A stretch of DNA of 64,000 nucleotides, from positions 25,172,001 to 25,236,000 of the forward strand of contig CM119376.1 in NCBI GenBank assembly GCA_051294905.1. The letters are read 5' to 3'. The translations under genes were made by a program, and so were the position numbers. Source of the stretch: Botryllus schlosseri (Eukaryota). Below the pieces are notes generated by a model. The model was not told the origin of the DNA. It made no database searches and was given only the letters and a program-made list of their open reading frames with translations. This document shows positions 63,616 to 64,000 of the stretch, in pieces (the first letter of the stretch is position 1; every line of letters starts with the position of its first letter).

Positions 63616-64000
63616 TCAGTACTCCTCGATGTATCTGCGAGGTGCGGTTCTGTTCCGATCCGACCGTCGGACTATCGCCGCCTCATGATGGTCCTCACGA
63701 TTGACACTAGTAGCGCTCGAACTGCTATCTCCTCCCTGATCGGGAAATTTGAAGAATTCAGCTGCCTCACTGGTGGTAATGTCGACGCCTTCTTGCGGGG
63801 CATTCTCCGTCTGGTATCTCCGCACCATTCGGCGATTTCTTCTGAAGGTGCCACGCCCAGTTCTGATAACCAAGGATCTGGGTTGAGTGTCAAGTTTTTC
63901 CACAACACCTTGCGATTTGCAGTCCGGAATCCAGACGCGATCTCCCACCTTGAACTCATCTCCAGGTACTACTCTGTGTCTTTTGTTGTAATCACGAGTA
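63616..64000 (-). CDS. C-terminal end of a Gypsy/Ty3 Pol (integrase C-terminal region), open to the window edge
   Basis: YNKRH...FKVGDRVWIPD...GVV...PRSLVIRT..GTFRRNRR...RRSDR.R.AP.RY, followed by a 3' UTR, PPT and LTR. Confidence 0.85.
   Translation of the reverse strand, partial: TRDYNKRHRVVPGDEFKVGDRVWIPDCKSQGVVEKLDTQPRSLVIRTGRGTFRRNRRMVRRYQTENAPQEGVDITTSEAAEFFKFPDQGGDSSSSATSVNREDHHEAAIVRRSDRNRTAPRRYIEEY

Overview
AT-rich eukaryotic genomic DNA, probably from an invertebrate; the taxon cannot be determined from the sequence. Positions 47165 down to the left edge carry one very large minus-strand multi-exon gene. I reconstructed it by hand as 76 exons (plus a possible 77th at the edge). 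All junctions are GT-AG and phase-consistent, giving 11,030 coding nt (>=3,676 aa), and the gene runs off the left edge. The protein has a signal peptide, then a ~360-aa N-terminal region with HFRGGTISW...NSSPV...DIDGD motifs, of the kind I recall from 'integrin beta-like'/Dictyostelium Sib-like proteins. This is followed by at least nine tandem FCGBP/zonadhesin-type VWD-C8-TIL-E modules. Six central modules share an identical 8-exon structure, carry TDPH instead of GDPH, and follow a linker with two or more basic residues. Modules 1 and 8 form a distinct class. Introns are either minimal (about 56-77 nt) or expanded by non-autonomous DNA transposons, several with perfect TSDs. The upstream ~17 kb has no recognisable host gene. 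It is a transposon graveyard: hAT MITEs, Charlie-type and hATm-type transposase relics, a hAT > Harbinger > Penelope nest, and the 3' end of a Gypsy element with its PPT and LTR. The most promising candidate for an undescribed system is the protein itself: a possible secreted, self-cleaving or convertase-processed matrix or adhesive polyprotein. Its novelty needs database searches, which I could not run.
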